From Catajapyx aquilonaris (Eukaryota): a stretch of 64,000 nt of DNA. The first letter of the stretch is position 1, and the number at the start of each line of letters is the position of its first letter. Position numbers and translations under genes: made by a program. The notes under the pieces were generated by a model, which searched no databases, had not been told where the DNA came from, and worked only from the letters and a program-made list of their open reading frames with translations. Location of the stretch: contig KZ538385.1 in NCBI GenBank assembly GCA_000934665.2, positions 1 through 64,000 of the forward strand, read 5' to 3'. Positions 35,179 to 48,705 of this stretch are shown one piece after another.

Positions 35179-37832
35179 AATTATTTTTAATTTAAACAAT
35201 ACAACTTATTCCAAACTTCCAATTTCTTCGTATCTCGAGCTTATGCTATGACGACTCAAAGTGCCAAATTCGACTGGAAAATAAAAGGTCAGGTATGGTT
35301 GTCCACCCCCTGGATACCCAGCACAAGTGTATCTTATCTGCCTTGTGTTTTTACACGAGGATTTTATATTCGTACTACAGTCAATATCACGCGATTATTG
35401 CTGCAGCTGCTACCCAACTTGTATTATGCGTAATATTATTATAACCCCCCCAATATTTTATACTCTTGGCTTGGAATACTAACGACAAAACATGTTGTGT
35501 ACATTTTGCAAACATGTGGGAAAAAATAAGCTGCAATTAATCACTTTGCAGATTCTCACACTATTAGCAGGAAAAAGAGAGCGCAACTTAACCTGAATTA
35601 GTGCGGATGTAAATAATACCTTGCAATTAATAAATTTTTGTAAACTTGCATGTTTTATTTACGTCTGGGAAAGTGTATTACAGTGTTGTTATTTCAGTGG
35701 CAACTTGGATGCATGGTTATTTACCTACAGTAGTAGAAATGAAATATTTCAGTGTATTACAATGACTTGCCCAAGTTAATTTTTAGCTGTAATGCGCTTG
35801 TGTGTATAGTAAAAAATGAGCTGATAGTTATTTACAACAACAACAACACCATCACGACATTTCCCAACAACCGCTTGGTCTAATATCAGGAAGCAAATAC
35901 TAGATGGCAACATTGCTCTGAATGACTTGCATTGCCAGTTACCTGTCTGGCCTTCACCCATCACACTGCTGTGCAATTCATACACAGTAAATACCTGTTA
36001 CAGTTTGAGTGACAACATTGACAAGTGCACGCAGATGTGAAGGGTATGTTTACAGGGCTCTAATGATTTATGCTGGGCTTGACTGGGTAGGGTGTGCACC
36101 ACAGAACTAAGAATAATAATATTATTGAAGTGACCAGCCATTGGCATTACTTGATTGGATCATATACTAACAGGATTACTACAGTTATCTGTCAGTATTC
36201 ATCACTGTAACATTGTGCTATCAGGAAAGAAGCAGATATATGATGTATACCATACTGCCACACACTATAGGTGAAGGGCAACTATTACATATTGAACCAA
36301 GTTGTGGCCATCACCTGCCAGAATAATATGCGTAATCACATTTTTACCACAGGTACCACATTATTCACCAAACTATATTTTGCTGAGCGCGCCCTAATCG
36401 GTATGATAGTGACAAAATCAAGGACCAAATAATTAAATCTAGCTCTCCCTGTGAACATATTTGACCTTATTCAGTGTCATTGAGCAAGGGGAGTTCTGCC
36501 CATTGTTGTGGCAGTCTGCCTGGTAGGGGCCACAATGTGTCATTAATAATGAAGTGTAATAACTGCGGCCATGCCTCCCATAATTTAACTATTTTCTAGC
36601 TTACTTTGACCATCGGGAAATACAGGGCTGTATTGTTAACTCCAATAATAATAATTGAACCCCATTGTTGGGCATAATTTTGGTCCAGCCATGTGGCCTG
36701 GTCTTGCTAGAAAAATGATTGAATGTGACACTCGGTCATGGCCAATTGTATTTATCGCTTTGTTTATTTGTTCATTTCTAATATACTATACTTATTTATA
36801 TTTATACTAGAAAAATATTTATATTTATACAGTACCTAAATTTCTGGTCACCTACTCCAAACTTTTATTTATGTGCTTTAAAGCTGATATGATATGAAAT
36901 AAGGTTAAGCTTGTTTGAAATATATTAGCACAAAACTACATTTCCACAGTTCCAGCATAAATATGGGAATATCACGCTTACATAGGCTACTAGTACCATA
37001 TATCGTTGTATTGTTGATGACTATTGCTTGTGGACCTGAGATAAATAGTTATACAGAGATTGTAAGTGCCTGCTTTTCCACCCTTCCAGCATAAAACTGG
37101 AAAATATTAATGTCAAGCTTATCGAGCTGAATTCAATAGGGCGAATATTCATCAGCACTTAATATACCTTACAGGCAATGTACTTACCGGTATATCTGAC
37201 AATAATGTATTGCCATACGTTGAAGGAAACAGTACTGACAATAATTATAAAGTAACGAAGGTGTAGAAATGAATGTCACTTAACCGCCTACCGAGGGCGA
37301 GACTTATTTTGTCACAATATTACGACGTAGGCTATATAGGCCAGGTTCAGACAAACACAATTTCCGAGCACTTCGATCGCAACACATGATGTTATCAGAA
37401 AATGCACACCAAAAACACTTGTGCATCTCTGTACCTGCACGTACCTGAGTGCTGATCTGAAAATGAACAAGATTAAACACAGGAAATGCAATTTACACTT
37501 CATATCGACCTACAAAATGTACGAATCCAGGCCATACCGGTATATGGGCATTATTATCTTCCTGGATATTATTATTTTCTTACTCAAATTGAAAGCAATT
37601 ACACATTCTTTCTTCTATACACAAAGATACTGCAAAAACAGTAAGCATGACTATAAAAATTATATAAAAATTAATAAAAATTAAAATATGGATATGGTCC
37701 TAAAAGATCCTACGTCACGGTTGGGTAACTTTCAGGCATGCCGGTCACTGTTCCAGGGTTAAACAGACCCATGCTGCGCAATAAATAACAAGTTTGCATT
37801 TTGGGAAGAAACTTGCTTATAACTCTAATAAA
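35179..37832 (+). other. Probable long 3' UTR of the STOX-like gene
   Basis: AT-rich stretch after the stop with no MITE that I could see. It contains a TATTTATA/ATTTA cluster near 36790-36830 and AATAAA at 35280, 35629, 37673, 37780 and 37827. The true end is unknown. Confidence 0.5.
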
Positions 37833-37967
37833 AACACAAACCTATTAGTCGCGCTGCTGAAACCCGAAAAAAAATCAAGGTCACATAATCATCAGCATCA
37901 TGACAGCAACTAGAGAATTCTGGAGGCTTAGGTGGCTGGCGGGCGCTACGCTGATTGGCTAAAGCGG

Positions 37968-37986
37968 GCTGCTGCTGCTGCTGCTG

Positions 37987-38068
<82 letters not shown>
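37968..38068. repeat. Compound (GCT)n-(AAT)n microsatellite
   Basis: About 6 GCT units followed by about 27 AAT units. Confidence 0.97.
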
Positions 38069-38069
<1 letters not shown>

Positions 38070-38315
38070 TGTGTATCGACACCGATCGACACCTATGCAG
38101 CTCTTTCAGCATAGTTGAAAAGTGACACCCATCTTTGAATATCCATAAGCAGCCGGACCCAGAATTCTTGTCTGGTGGGAGGGGGGCACGTGATCAGGGC
38201 CCGCCGCAGGCGAAACTTTTTTCGATTCAAGGTCACCTTTCTCGCACACTTCACGTTCGACGAATGTTCATGGAACGTTTATGCAGCTTTTGAAAATCCA
38301 CAAACTACACTACAT

Positions 38316-38666
38316 CAGGGAGCATATACTACATAAGAGGCACAAATATTCAATTTCCGCGTCTCTCTGTTTGGGGCGTTGCCAAGGCTGACGGCCATTT
38401 TGAAGTGTTGGCAACGCCAACGAGTATAAATAGGGTACAGGCAAAAATAGGATCCGCCATCTTTGATTCGCGCGTGTTCTTGCCGTGTAGTTGCCATGGC
38501 CGCCAAAACCATCAAAGATGGCGGAGCCTATTTTTGCCTGTACCCTATTTATACCTCGTTGACGTTCCCCACACTTCAAAATGGCCGCCAGCCTTGGCAA
38601 CGGCCCCAAACAGAGAGACGCGAACATCAAAGAAGTTTGCGCCTCTTATGTAGTATATGCTGTCTG
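38316..38666. mobile_element. Foldback MITE with ~150-bp inverted arms and an 8-9 bp target duplication (Mutator- or hAT-like)
   Basis: Arms run agcatatactacataagagg...ccgccatctttgat / atcaaagatggcgg...cctcttatgtagtatatgct. CACTACAT occurs at 38308-38315 and 38668-38675. Confidence 0.85.
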
Positions 38667-38859
38667 GCACTACATCCTCAAAATTAGAAAATTGCACAAT
38701 TTTTCTGGCCGAAATCAGATTTTCATATTGAAATCCCCGCTACCCGCAGTGTTGCCAGGTCCTAATCCTGGCGAGGCACCATTTCCTTTCTCCTTCTTAC
38801 ATGATATGGCTTCCCTCCTGCCACTTGATCTGGCAACATTTTCGAACCATCCGCATCGG

Positions 38860-39072
38860 AATCGCAAGATGGCGACAGGCTCAGTGCAGACGAGTCCGTG
38901 AGAGCTGGCTCCCCCCTCCGGACCCTCTCTCCACTCGCCTCTCTAGCCCTGTCCTTCCCGCTGTGAGAAGAATGCCAGGCTTCCGGAGACGGGGATAGGA
39001 ACAGGAGGAGAGAGCAACACACCACACATCTCCACACACAGTGCATTGGGAACAGGAGGACACACCAAGTTG
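38860..39072 (+). promoter_or_regulatory. Probable promoter and first (non-coding) exon of a second, unidentified + strand gene
   Basis: YY1-type motif AAGATGGCG at 38866-38874, then a GC-rich, CT-rich leader and a consensus donor TTG|GTGAGT at 39073. Confidence 0.5.
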
Positions 39073-41172
39073 GTGAGTTCTATTTGGAAAAAAAAATTGG
39101 AACAGCTGGGAAACATACACATCATGTGTGGAACATTTGGCTGGACTAGTCCACTGTATGGCTACATGTCAGGCGGTACAGCAGCATGTCGCTGAGAACA
39201 TTCTGCACAAATAGTGCATACATCATTAATCAGTGAATCAGGCAGAAATTGGTCCAGCGCAGACAGAATTATTGTAAATATGTCACTAAATATTTGTCGC
39301 TGTGCTGGAAGCGCCGGACAGGTTTCATGCTGCGGTACTGGAATATTGCTTGTTCGTCGCATTCTTCTTTTAAAAGCATGACTCGGCTGTACTTGGTCCT
39401 TTAAATGTTGCGTTAGACGGTGGCACGTATCGCGCTGCATTGAGGTGTCGGGTTGCTAAGTAAATGAAGACCTCGGAGAAAGAACGATAAAGGGTGAAAC
39501 TGAGATATTCCAATTTTAAATTTCGAAGGCTCGTATCCACATTCGGGACCTTCCATAGTGACGTATAATCATTACTCCGCAACCACGACCAAACCATCGT
39601 ATTCTACATTAGTGAAAATACTTGTGAAAATATTATCGGAGATATGCAACTCATTTTTGACAAAAAATGGACCTTGATCATTCTTCCACCGAGGTCTTCA
39701 AATTCTTTGATACAGTACTGTGGTGTTGGTTACACGTGTAGAATTTTTATGCAGTGCACCTGCCAGTAGTACTACAGCTACTACAAGGGGCGATTGATTT
39801 CGCTATTTTTGAGGAGCCTGCTCCCACCCACTGTGACATGTGACATGTGAAACGTATGCTATGCAGCAGTACAAGCATATCCACAAATAAATTTAGAGTG
39901 TATAGGTGAGGTCATATCTTAGAGAGTGGGGTACAAGATGTTTATGCATAAGCACATGTTTGCATGACCTCGATTCATAATATTGTGTGACTTGAAAGTT
40001 TGTCCCGTGATCAGTTAGTAGTGGTTGGTATATTGATTTTATTGTGTTCTGCATCCGACATTCACATTTACAGCATGTGTTGCAGCTGATATTAATCTTA
40101 CGGCCGCATTGAGTGTGCGGTGCCAAAGAGTAAGTACATGCTCATTGACTGCTTATTAGTAGGCTGCTGCAGTGAAATTATTTGATTGATATGGCAGCCG
40201 CAGGCAACAAGTGGCAGTGTGGCCATTAATAAATCAATGCCAATGGGAATTTTTCAGTGCATTATGTTTATTTAAAAAAAACTCGTAATAGCGTTTGTAA
40301 CAATTCATTTTTAAATGTGCAGCACACATGTTAAATATTGCACTTCTAACTTTTAATTTGATCCCGCTTCTCGTATGATAGGTGCCATAATATTCGGATA
40401 TAATTTTTGTACAGTGCATGAAAAAATGGTGCAATGATTTTGTGGAAAAAAAAGAGCCTGTGATGCACTGAAGGGCATTTTAGCCAATCAACTGGAGTAG
40501 GCACGAGCTGGTCTAGAGTGGGAGTAATAAATTACTGCAGCAGAAACCTGATTAATAGAACAAATTGAGGGTCGGAGATATTGGACCATGTGTTTGGACA
40601 GCTGCAATAACTGTACTGGTTTGCAGTGCATGAGCGTAAACAAAGGCCAGGCCATAAAATAATATCTTCTCTCTCCCCCCCATTGTGCTTACCTTCTTGC
40701 AACTGTAATGCACATGTGGATTCATGTGGGTTTCGAAAGAGAGAACTGCACGAGCAGATTCGCTTTAAAAAATGCAGTGAATCTTCAGTGGAGTTTCTCC
40801 ATCCTACGAACTAAACAAAATTTATGTTATTTGCTTATGAAACGCAAAAAATTCAGTATATAGAAGTTTAGTAACCAGCAAGTTCAGTATCCGAGGTTTG
40901 ATATGCATTGATTTCACTGTACATAGTTTCTCATAGTTTGCTAAAGCGTATATTGCCATAATGTAATATTAATAGAGTAAGCAACACATATGCTGAATTA
41001 TACTAGCACTTGTTGCAGTGCAGCCGCACATCTTCAGCGTTAAGGAATATGAATGCTTGATGAAGGTTGAGTCAGCAAATTTGCATACAATGTTGCAGGC
41101 GCTGCGACTCAGCAATTAATTATTATTTTTCTTTGGGTGCAACTTGAGTGACGACGCTCATGTATTTTCCAG

Positions 41173-41212
41173 GCTGAAAGGCAACTGAGCCGATAGTGCT
41201 CTGTATTGACAA
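41173..41212 (+). other. Candidate small exon of the second transcript
   Basis: Acceptor tattttccag ends at 41172 and donor AA|GTGAGC starts at 41213. An alternative donor AAG|GTATAG lies at 41269. Confidence 0.25.
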
Positions 41213-44200
41213 GTGAGCTGAAAAACAGATCAATTAAGCCTAGAGGGGCAAGGGAGGGAGTCATCAAGGTATAGTTGCAATGCTGAAAAGTTTTCTTTTA
41301 AAAAAGTTTTAGGATAACAGACCTGTCAGTCTTTCTTCCCTTTGAGGGATATTTCAGTACTTTTTGTCGTTAGTCAGAAACAATTTCTGCATGTGCTTCA
41401 ATATTGTCACATTTTTTGGGTGCTTTCTGGGATAACATTGTTTCCATTATCGTTATCGCAATACTGGCTGACATTGCTTTAATCACAGTAAGATTATGCA
41501 CAACTTGAGCTGTTGCAAGTCCAAGTCATCTCCTGAATGGGCATGATGTGTTTTCCAGCTTTCCAAACTTTACATATTTGGCATGTTTGGTGTGAGATGT
41601 GGTGTCCTTCATACAACGACTGCTTACTTTGGACCGTAGCCCATCACTGCGGGTATCAAGACAGGCGTGTGGCAAAGGAGTAAAAAAAGAAGAATAACAA
41701 TCCCTGCCACACATGTTGCATGTTACTCCTGCAGTGATGTGCAGCTAAAAGTTGCACACATGCAACGGATGGTTTTTTAATGGCCTCCACCTCCACCCTC
41801 TCTAAAAAAAACTAGTGTATGGATTCAGAGAGTTAATGAGGGAATTACTGTCCAGCAGTTTGTGAGGCGAGAGTACCATAATGAAAGAGAAATCACTGTT
41901 ACATGTTACAGCCGCATTTATAATATGTATTGTGCAAATTTAATCGTGGAGAATGTGGGAGAGTGGACAATGCCCCCTGTTTAACCCGGATTTGCCCGCA
42001 TGACGATGGGTGCACTCCTTTTTTTTTCCAGGCAAGGGAATGCATGATGGGATGTTCAAAGTTTGTGAGGTTTATACACAGAATAATGTGGGTCTTATCA
42101 GCAATGGGGGTAGGTCACTAGATGCGACGTTTTGATACCTGCCTGACCTCGTGAAGGGTCAGGGAGTTGCTTCATGGCTGTTATCTTACTGTATACATGG
42201 TGTGACAGATTCATTCATTATGCTCTTGTGTTTATCATCTCTGTACTATAGACCTTAGACTTGCACGATAGCCGGCAAGGCCAGACATACGTTCATTTGA
42301 TAGCCTAATACTACTATGCACAAATTAAGTACGTCTTGTGGGATGTTTGCCACCCAATGAATTCACGATCACAACCCAGAGTCTGTATTATTGGACCAAT
42401 TTACACAGACACAACTGGACCAAGTGGGCCGAAGTCCTGACCACTTTGGTGTGATGTTGAAGAATAAGCTCGCTTGTTAAGAACAAAGTGTCATCCATAT
42501 CCGTATTGTGAATGCTGATCAATACTTGGCTGTCCCCAAAAATGCGGGTCATAAGTTTTCTGCACACCTTTTTAGCAAGGTATTGATTGGATCAATTTTT
42601 TTTGCGCTTCCTGGAATAGACTCGGGTATTGCACAACAGATGCTGCATAGTGTGGTATAATAGCGACGTATCGGCGGAATTATTTTTTTTCGCCTCAGGT
42701 TAACAAGTTGCCATTGAATTTGCAAGGTCTTATCTCTCGAACTAGGGAAATCGTATAGTATCTAATATTTCATATCTCGTAAAAGTAAGATGCAGATTAG
42801 AAAATATAACAAATCGTCAATTGAACCACCTGTGTTGTCAAATCTGTTTATTTGTTATCTCCGAATAAATATTTACGACACTGTATAGTTTATGCATGCA
42901 CTGTACAGTACGTGTATCTGCATGGACGCATTTGTAATGTCAACATTCGACGCATCATATAATTGCATTTACACATTTTCGCCTCGTACATGAAGCTGGA
43001 ATTATATTCTGCAATCATATAGTTTATCTGGGGCACGACTATATTATCCTTCGTCTATTACAGACTCCCAGATCAATCCATAGTTTTAAATTTTGCATAG
43101 TTACATATGAATTAGATTCACGGTCCATTTGCCCTGTGTATCCTAGGGAATCCGTAGGGCGCACTGTAATGAAATCCCATCTGATTTCATAGTTATCGGA
43201 TCCATGTTTGAAGAAGGCACATTTAGTGGTAATTTGCAAAGCTCCGTGAGAGCAAGAAGAATCATGGAGTTTTTTTTTTTTGGCAAACAACATGTGACCC
43301 GCTCTCATAAAAGTGTTTATGCAACTCCACATTTTACGTTTTTGTATGAGCATAAATAGGGAATAGGGCCCGCTCCGCTGGTCAGGGTTAAATGTCGGGC
43401 CGGAGCCCAAACCGTGACCTTTTCCAAGCGAGTTTTCATTAAAAACCCGGCCTACTTTAATGTATCCAAAAGGGGGGAGAGAGAAGCATGGGGTTGACGC
43501 TACCAACGTTACAATTTCATATCAGCAGCTCGGGGTCTAATTACAGCCCTGGATTGCCCGGGATTTTGCAAAAGAGCATTGTTGTTCAGCCTCGAAAAAA
43601 ATGCGCTTTCTTCAATGGTGACTTTTCAACAATGATCTGCGGTCGAATCAGTGATAGGAAATGGGGGCTCTTCAATGGAAAAGGGGCGGGTCGCAAAAAG
43701 AGGCAAGGTCGCACTCTCGACGACCGGATTAATTCATTAGCTGATATTTTATTCGCCAGGCGACCTCGATGGATAAGACTGCAAGGTCGGATAAGGTCAC
43801 TAAAGCGATAAGGAATCTGACAGATATGTTTTTTTGTTTTTTAAACTTGATTTTCAGTGGGATTGGTTGGTTCCCAAATATGGCGGCTGTTCATAAACCA
43901 AACTTTTTGATAAAAGGCCAAACTCGTTTGCCAGTGTCTCAGAGGTAATCAGGAATGACAAGAGGGAAGGACCCCGAAACTTCATTTTGTGAAGGAATTC
44001 GAATCAGTTGGAGTCACTGTTGTCAGATCATTGCCTGAACTTTTCACGTCCAATTAGATTCGCGGAGAGGAATTGAAGGGTGGGTCGGGCGGAGGAGGAC
44101 GCGAGACTCTGAGAGGTGCTTCATCTATAATTCCATCAACAAACGGGGAGGAAGGGGAATGGAAACCCCCGTCGCCTTCCCCCGAGAAGAAAAAGAAGAA

Positions 44201-45005
44201 GAAAAAAGGAAGGACCTCGAAATGAAAAGCTCCCGAAAGTGGAGACAAAAATAGCGTAAGGCTTCTCTCCCGCGAGTTCAAAAACTAGGGCGCGGTTGTA
44301 CGCTGCTAACGAGGTTATTTGCTTTTGTAGCCAGGGGAGTGGATTCGGACTCAAAATGGCGGCCGGGGCCGCCTAACCTCAGCGCAGATGTGTTGGAAAT
44401 GCTTACAGTAGGCGCGCAGTTCTAATGATTCAATGTGGCCATATTTTTGCATTAATTTCCTGATGATTCTGTTAGTACGTGAGTGAACCCCTCGGTAACA
44501 CTCTGGACGTAGTACCAAATTTTTCACATAGATGTTGCATCTTCCCTTTCTGCGGACAGAGTCACACAACAAAGCCAGTTCTATGATGTGAACAAATTGC
44601 GATTTAAACACTGTACGTGGTATGTGGGCAACACCTTATGCCCCTGTTACATATATCAGGGCGTTGAGACACATAGATCGAAGATATGCGACCAGACCAC
44701 CTTGAAATTTGATCGGGGTTCATTTCCCGGTTGATTTTCGTCCGGCATAAAAATTGGTCGCCCATTCTCATTACAGTTTCAAGCGTGATAGTTATGTCAC
44801 CCGGATATGGCCGTTCATAACCGGGTGGATTATCCATGGCGTGCGAATGGCTTCCTGATGAGGGACGTGGCCAAGGATGGAAAGGAAGCGCTACTGTCTT
44901 TGGTGGGCGGGGAAAAAAAGTAGCCCCGGGGCGAGCCCCCCTGCCTGCTTGGTATGATGGCCGCGTGTTCAATGACCGGGGCAGCCCACGCCCCGACTAA
45001 AAATC

Positions 45006-45320
45006 TACAGGGTGGCCCAACAAGAAAGTAACAGTTGGCAAAAAAAGCGGTTCCTCGTAGCAGTTAAAAGTAACAGCTATGATCCCCAGAAATGAAATGG
45101 CGACTGCTAATTTCGACCCCACAAAATACAGTGGGGTTGCCGCTTCGGCGCTGGTGTAGTGCTGAACTATGTGGCGATGCTGGTGACTTATTCGCATCGA
45201 TATTATAAGATCGTGGATTAAGAATCGTCCACCAGGGTCGCCACAGAGTTCAGCACTACACCAGCGCCGAAGCGGCAACCCCACAGCAAGTAAACCTCCA
45301 TAAGGCTGGGGTAGGACTGT
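45006..45320 (+). mobile_element. Family B hairpin repeat preceded by a TA-CAGGGTG (Tc1/mariner-like) terminus
   Basis: Perfect 38-bp inverted arms at 45131-45168 and 45247-45284. It shares its 3' block with the 8.1 kb copy and starts tacagggtggcccaacaagaaa. Confidence 0.75.
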
Positions 45321-48300
45321 CCTGGAGCTGATCCTACTATACCTGTACAATCAATGGACTTGGGCAGGGCTCCAGCCTGTACATGGCAGCACCCAATTTG
45401 CGATTCGCGTAGCGTACATTAGATTCCGATCATCGGGCACAGGCAACCCGTGTTTTTCTTCAGATCGATCAGCTGCTTTTTTTGTTGTTGTTGTTATTAG
45501 TATCCGGAGCGCAACTCTTTTTCTCTCGCCTGGTTCCGCATCATAGCTGAAACAAGTGCTGGCTTATCCGGGGCCACCCCCAGAAAATTGGTAAACCTGG
45601 CAGAAATTGGGCAGGATGAGTGCTATTAGGGAAAAGTGGAAGGAATGGTTCCCAGGCGCCCAGGATAAGAGCAAAAGGGGTAGTTGCATTGCCGGGTTGG
45701 TCCGGGACCGGCACTCCTTTTCGCCAGCTTAAATCTTGCATTGAAATGGCGCCGATGGGAATTCGCTTCGGGGTCCTTCTCCGAGGAAAATCTATGGGGT
45801 TACGACGCATAAAGAATTAGGTGTGGATGCTCCGGACGCTGGAGACTGTGTCTTGGAAGCTGTGTCCGGCGTCACATGGACCGGAATCTGCGTTTCTCAT
45901 GCAATTTATGTTCAGACGAGAGGGAACCCAAACTTGGCAACACTGCATAAATATGGCCCTTTCTGCACACTACTGATGACTCACCGCGGACATAGGCACA
46001 AGCAGCTTAGATATCTTACACATAATTGGAGGTAATATAAACAAGTTACTCCTTGATGGGTCTGTTGCCCTCAGTTACGTATATTTCACACGTTTTGTAT
46101 ATAACCAAGGACAACGGGGGTATCTGCTGGGGCATTCTAAGGCCATATATGAACATTCTTTGCATAATCATTGCATTGTTAGATTGTAAAAGAAATTCAA
46201 CACGATCTCTTCTTCTTTTTTCTTTCAATGTAAAGATATGGGCCCCTCAATGCCGCGATAAGTCCGCGAATGTTCGTATAATAGCAGTGTGTTTGGCGTC
46301 CACGATTAGTCCGGAACTTTTACTTCACCATTACACCACGACTGGTCGAGAATTCTTCAATTCCAGGTTAGTTCTTATCTATCCAGCAGGTGTTGGTAAA
46401 AATTATGATGCAGTGGAGGACCACATACTCTGTAATAATAATTGTGAACAATTTCTCAGTACTTGCTCATTTTTTTAAAAAAACGCTACGGTCGCATCAC
46501 ACGATGACATGATTTCTTGGTGGACTTGTGACATTTTGATCCTTCTTTCACTCCTATTGGCTGGTGGCAAATCCCATTATGATATAAAATGCAAGGGAAA
46601 TTTGGCTGCCAAGCCCTGGTTCCCACTCTTGTTTCTTGGGTTCCCGTTGTGTGCTTGGGCTATATAGAGAGAAGGTGGCTATAGGAGCAGGTATTATTTT
46701 GGCGAATAGACCTCCGCCTAGTCCGTTTTCCGGTCGAAGGCCACCTAAATTACGGGAGCGCCTCCGCCTGCCACAAAACGTAAATCCGGGGCATGAATCT
46801 GCACACCTGAGGTTGGCGTTAAATACCTCGTTTTAAGCTTAATCCGGGCTTTAAATGCAGACCTTCAGCTTAAAGCTGGCGTGGGAAGGGTGGGTGGGAG
46901 GGTAGGGAGAAGCATTTGTTTCAAAACCAGGGGTNGGGGGGGGGGGGATAGGGGAAGGTCTGCTTTAATTTATGTGTGGCTTGGCAGGCTCGCTCGAGTC
47001 GGAAAAGTCGTGTGCATGGATGCGACTAATACGTCAGGTTCAGGCAGGTATTTCGCTTGCCAGTTTCCGGAGGCCCAGGTCTCTCTGGCTTCCTAATTCC
47101 ATACGCGCCAGTTGTGATTTGATGCCGGGGAAAATGAGGAGGTTTCCCTACCTGCTGTACGGGGAAATGCAATTTTCTGGGCGTTCGGCAGGCTGCCCGG
47201 AAAATAATGTGACAAATCCTAAATTTCTTTCATGCGGAAGTTTCAAGGGCCTTCAGATGTTGGGGGTACAACAAACAGGAAGAAGTGGAGGCTTGAGTCA
47301 GCGAGTATGTCCGTGTTATCAGTAGTGCGCCATCTTTGTGAGGGATGTGGTACTGTGTCAACAGTCCTGCGGTTGCCCAGTTGCCAATGGGTTCACACTT
47401 AGGCCTATCTTTAAAAAAATTTAAACGGGAAAGTTTGTCTATATGTTTGTCTCACCAACAGTCAGAAAAACGTGAGAACGATGTGACGTCACAGCAGCCG
47501 TCATTTCTGAGCATGCGCAGCGGAGTGATTCGGGAACGTGATATGAGGAAGAGACGGGTTGAGGCGGGGCTTAAAATGACGTCAGAGTCTTCTTTCGTTG
47601 AATGGACTGTATATCGTACAATACAATTTTCAGAAAAGGACACCTAGCCACACGTCCTCTCCCTCCTCCCCAATAAGCTTCAAGGATCCCTTTCGATTCT
47701 GCCTCTGATTGGTGATTTATGAAACGCCACCATATATACGTCACATCCCTTTCTGAAAATGGTCAGACTATACCTAACCCACTTTTGGACTACTGAGAGT
47801 ACTGAAACTTGACACACTGATGGCTTACGTGCCGCTGATTTAGGCGAAAGTATGAAAACCAAACTTTTTAAAGTCTAAATACCCAAAATTAAGGATTTTC
47901 CTTTAATGAAAAGCAGTGCATAGAATATCGATAATAATTAATAAGCTATTGCAACACCCTACATACACACTAGAAATAGGTAAGGCGGGTAAACACCCGA
48001 CGTTTTATTGGAAAAAAATATATACATAGGACGTGATCTGGCAGCTGTGGTCGTATGTGTCACTTGGGAAGGGTGGAACGTGAAAATATGACTCTTGGAG
48101 TCTGTAGAAAGCATATGGTTCGGTCGAAAACTGTCAGGTCTCGTAACATGTGTTTCGCATTAACCGGGAGTAAATTGCAGTTGTGTAGCGTCCAATTATA
48201 AACCGGGGCCGTTCATCAAATAGTTTGCGTCCCGGAGTGGTGGTTATGTCGCTTTTTGGTTGCTGGTAGTACGTGACTTTGGAACGCGGGGTTTGGCTCG

Positions 48301-48631
48301 GCGTCGCAGTTTTGGTCGGAGTGATCGATGCTTGTCGAATGAACCGGGACCACGTGTGTTTATTTGAATAATTTTGCTCATAATGAGCGGGGAATGGGGG
48401 GTTAAGATGGAGACGTCGGTCGCGCCCCATAACGTTTGACAGGTGCGTTCAATGTTGGGGGTTTCATTAGGTGGTGACGTATATGATGATTCACACTACT
48501 GGGGTGAACACGTGGGCGGTACCGGAGAGTTACTTTATGTTCTGTTGACTGTTGTTAGCAACTTTGTTGGTGAGATATTACTAGTGAACCCCTACTTGGC
48601 CGAACTTGCCTCGTAGTTCCGTATCTCTGAC

Positions 48632-48705
48632 ATAGATGGCGCAACTTCCCTCTCTGCACACTCCTGCCACTATCAGTGATGCGGGGAAAAGTGGTACTAT
48701 CACCT
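48632..48705 (+). repeat. Short interspersed repeat family G copy
   Basis: Matches 23145-23220. Confidence 0.55.

Noticed and set aside
37825..38114. Poly-Tyr/Gln and poly-Asn/Ala ORFs
   Set aside because: They are translations of the (AAT)n/(GCT)n microsatellite.
38310..38687. Mirror-image ORFs on both strands
   Set aside because: They are a product of the foldback MITE.
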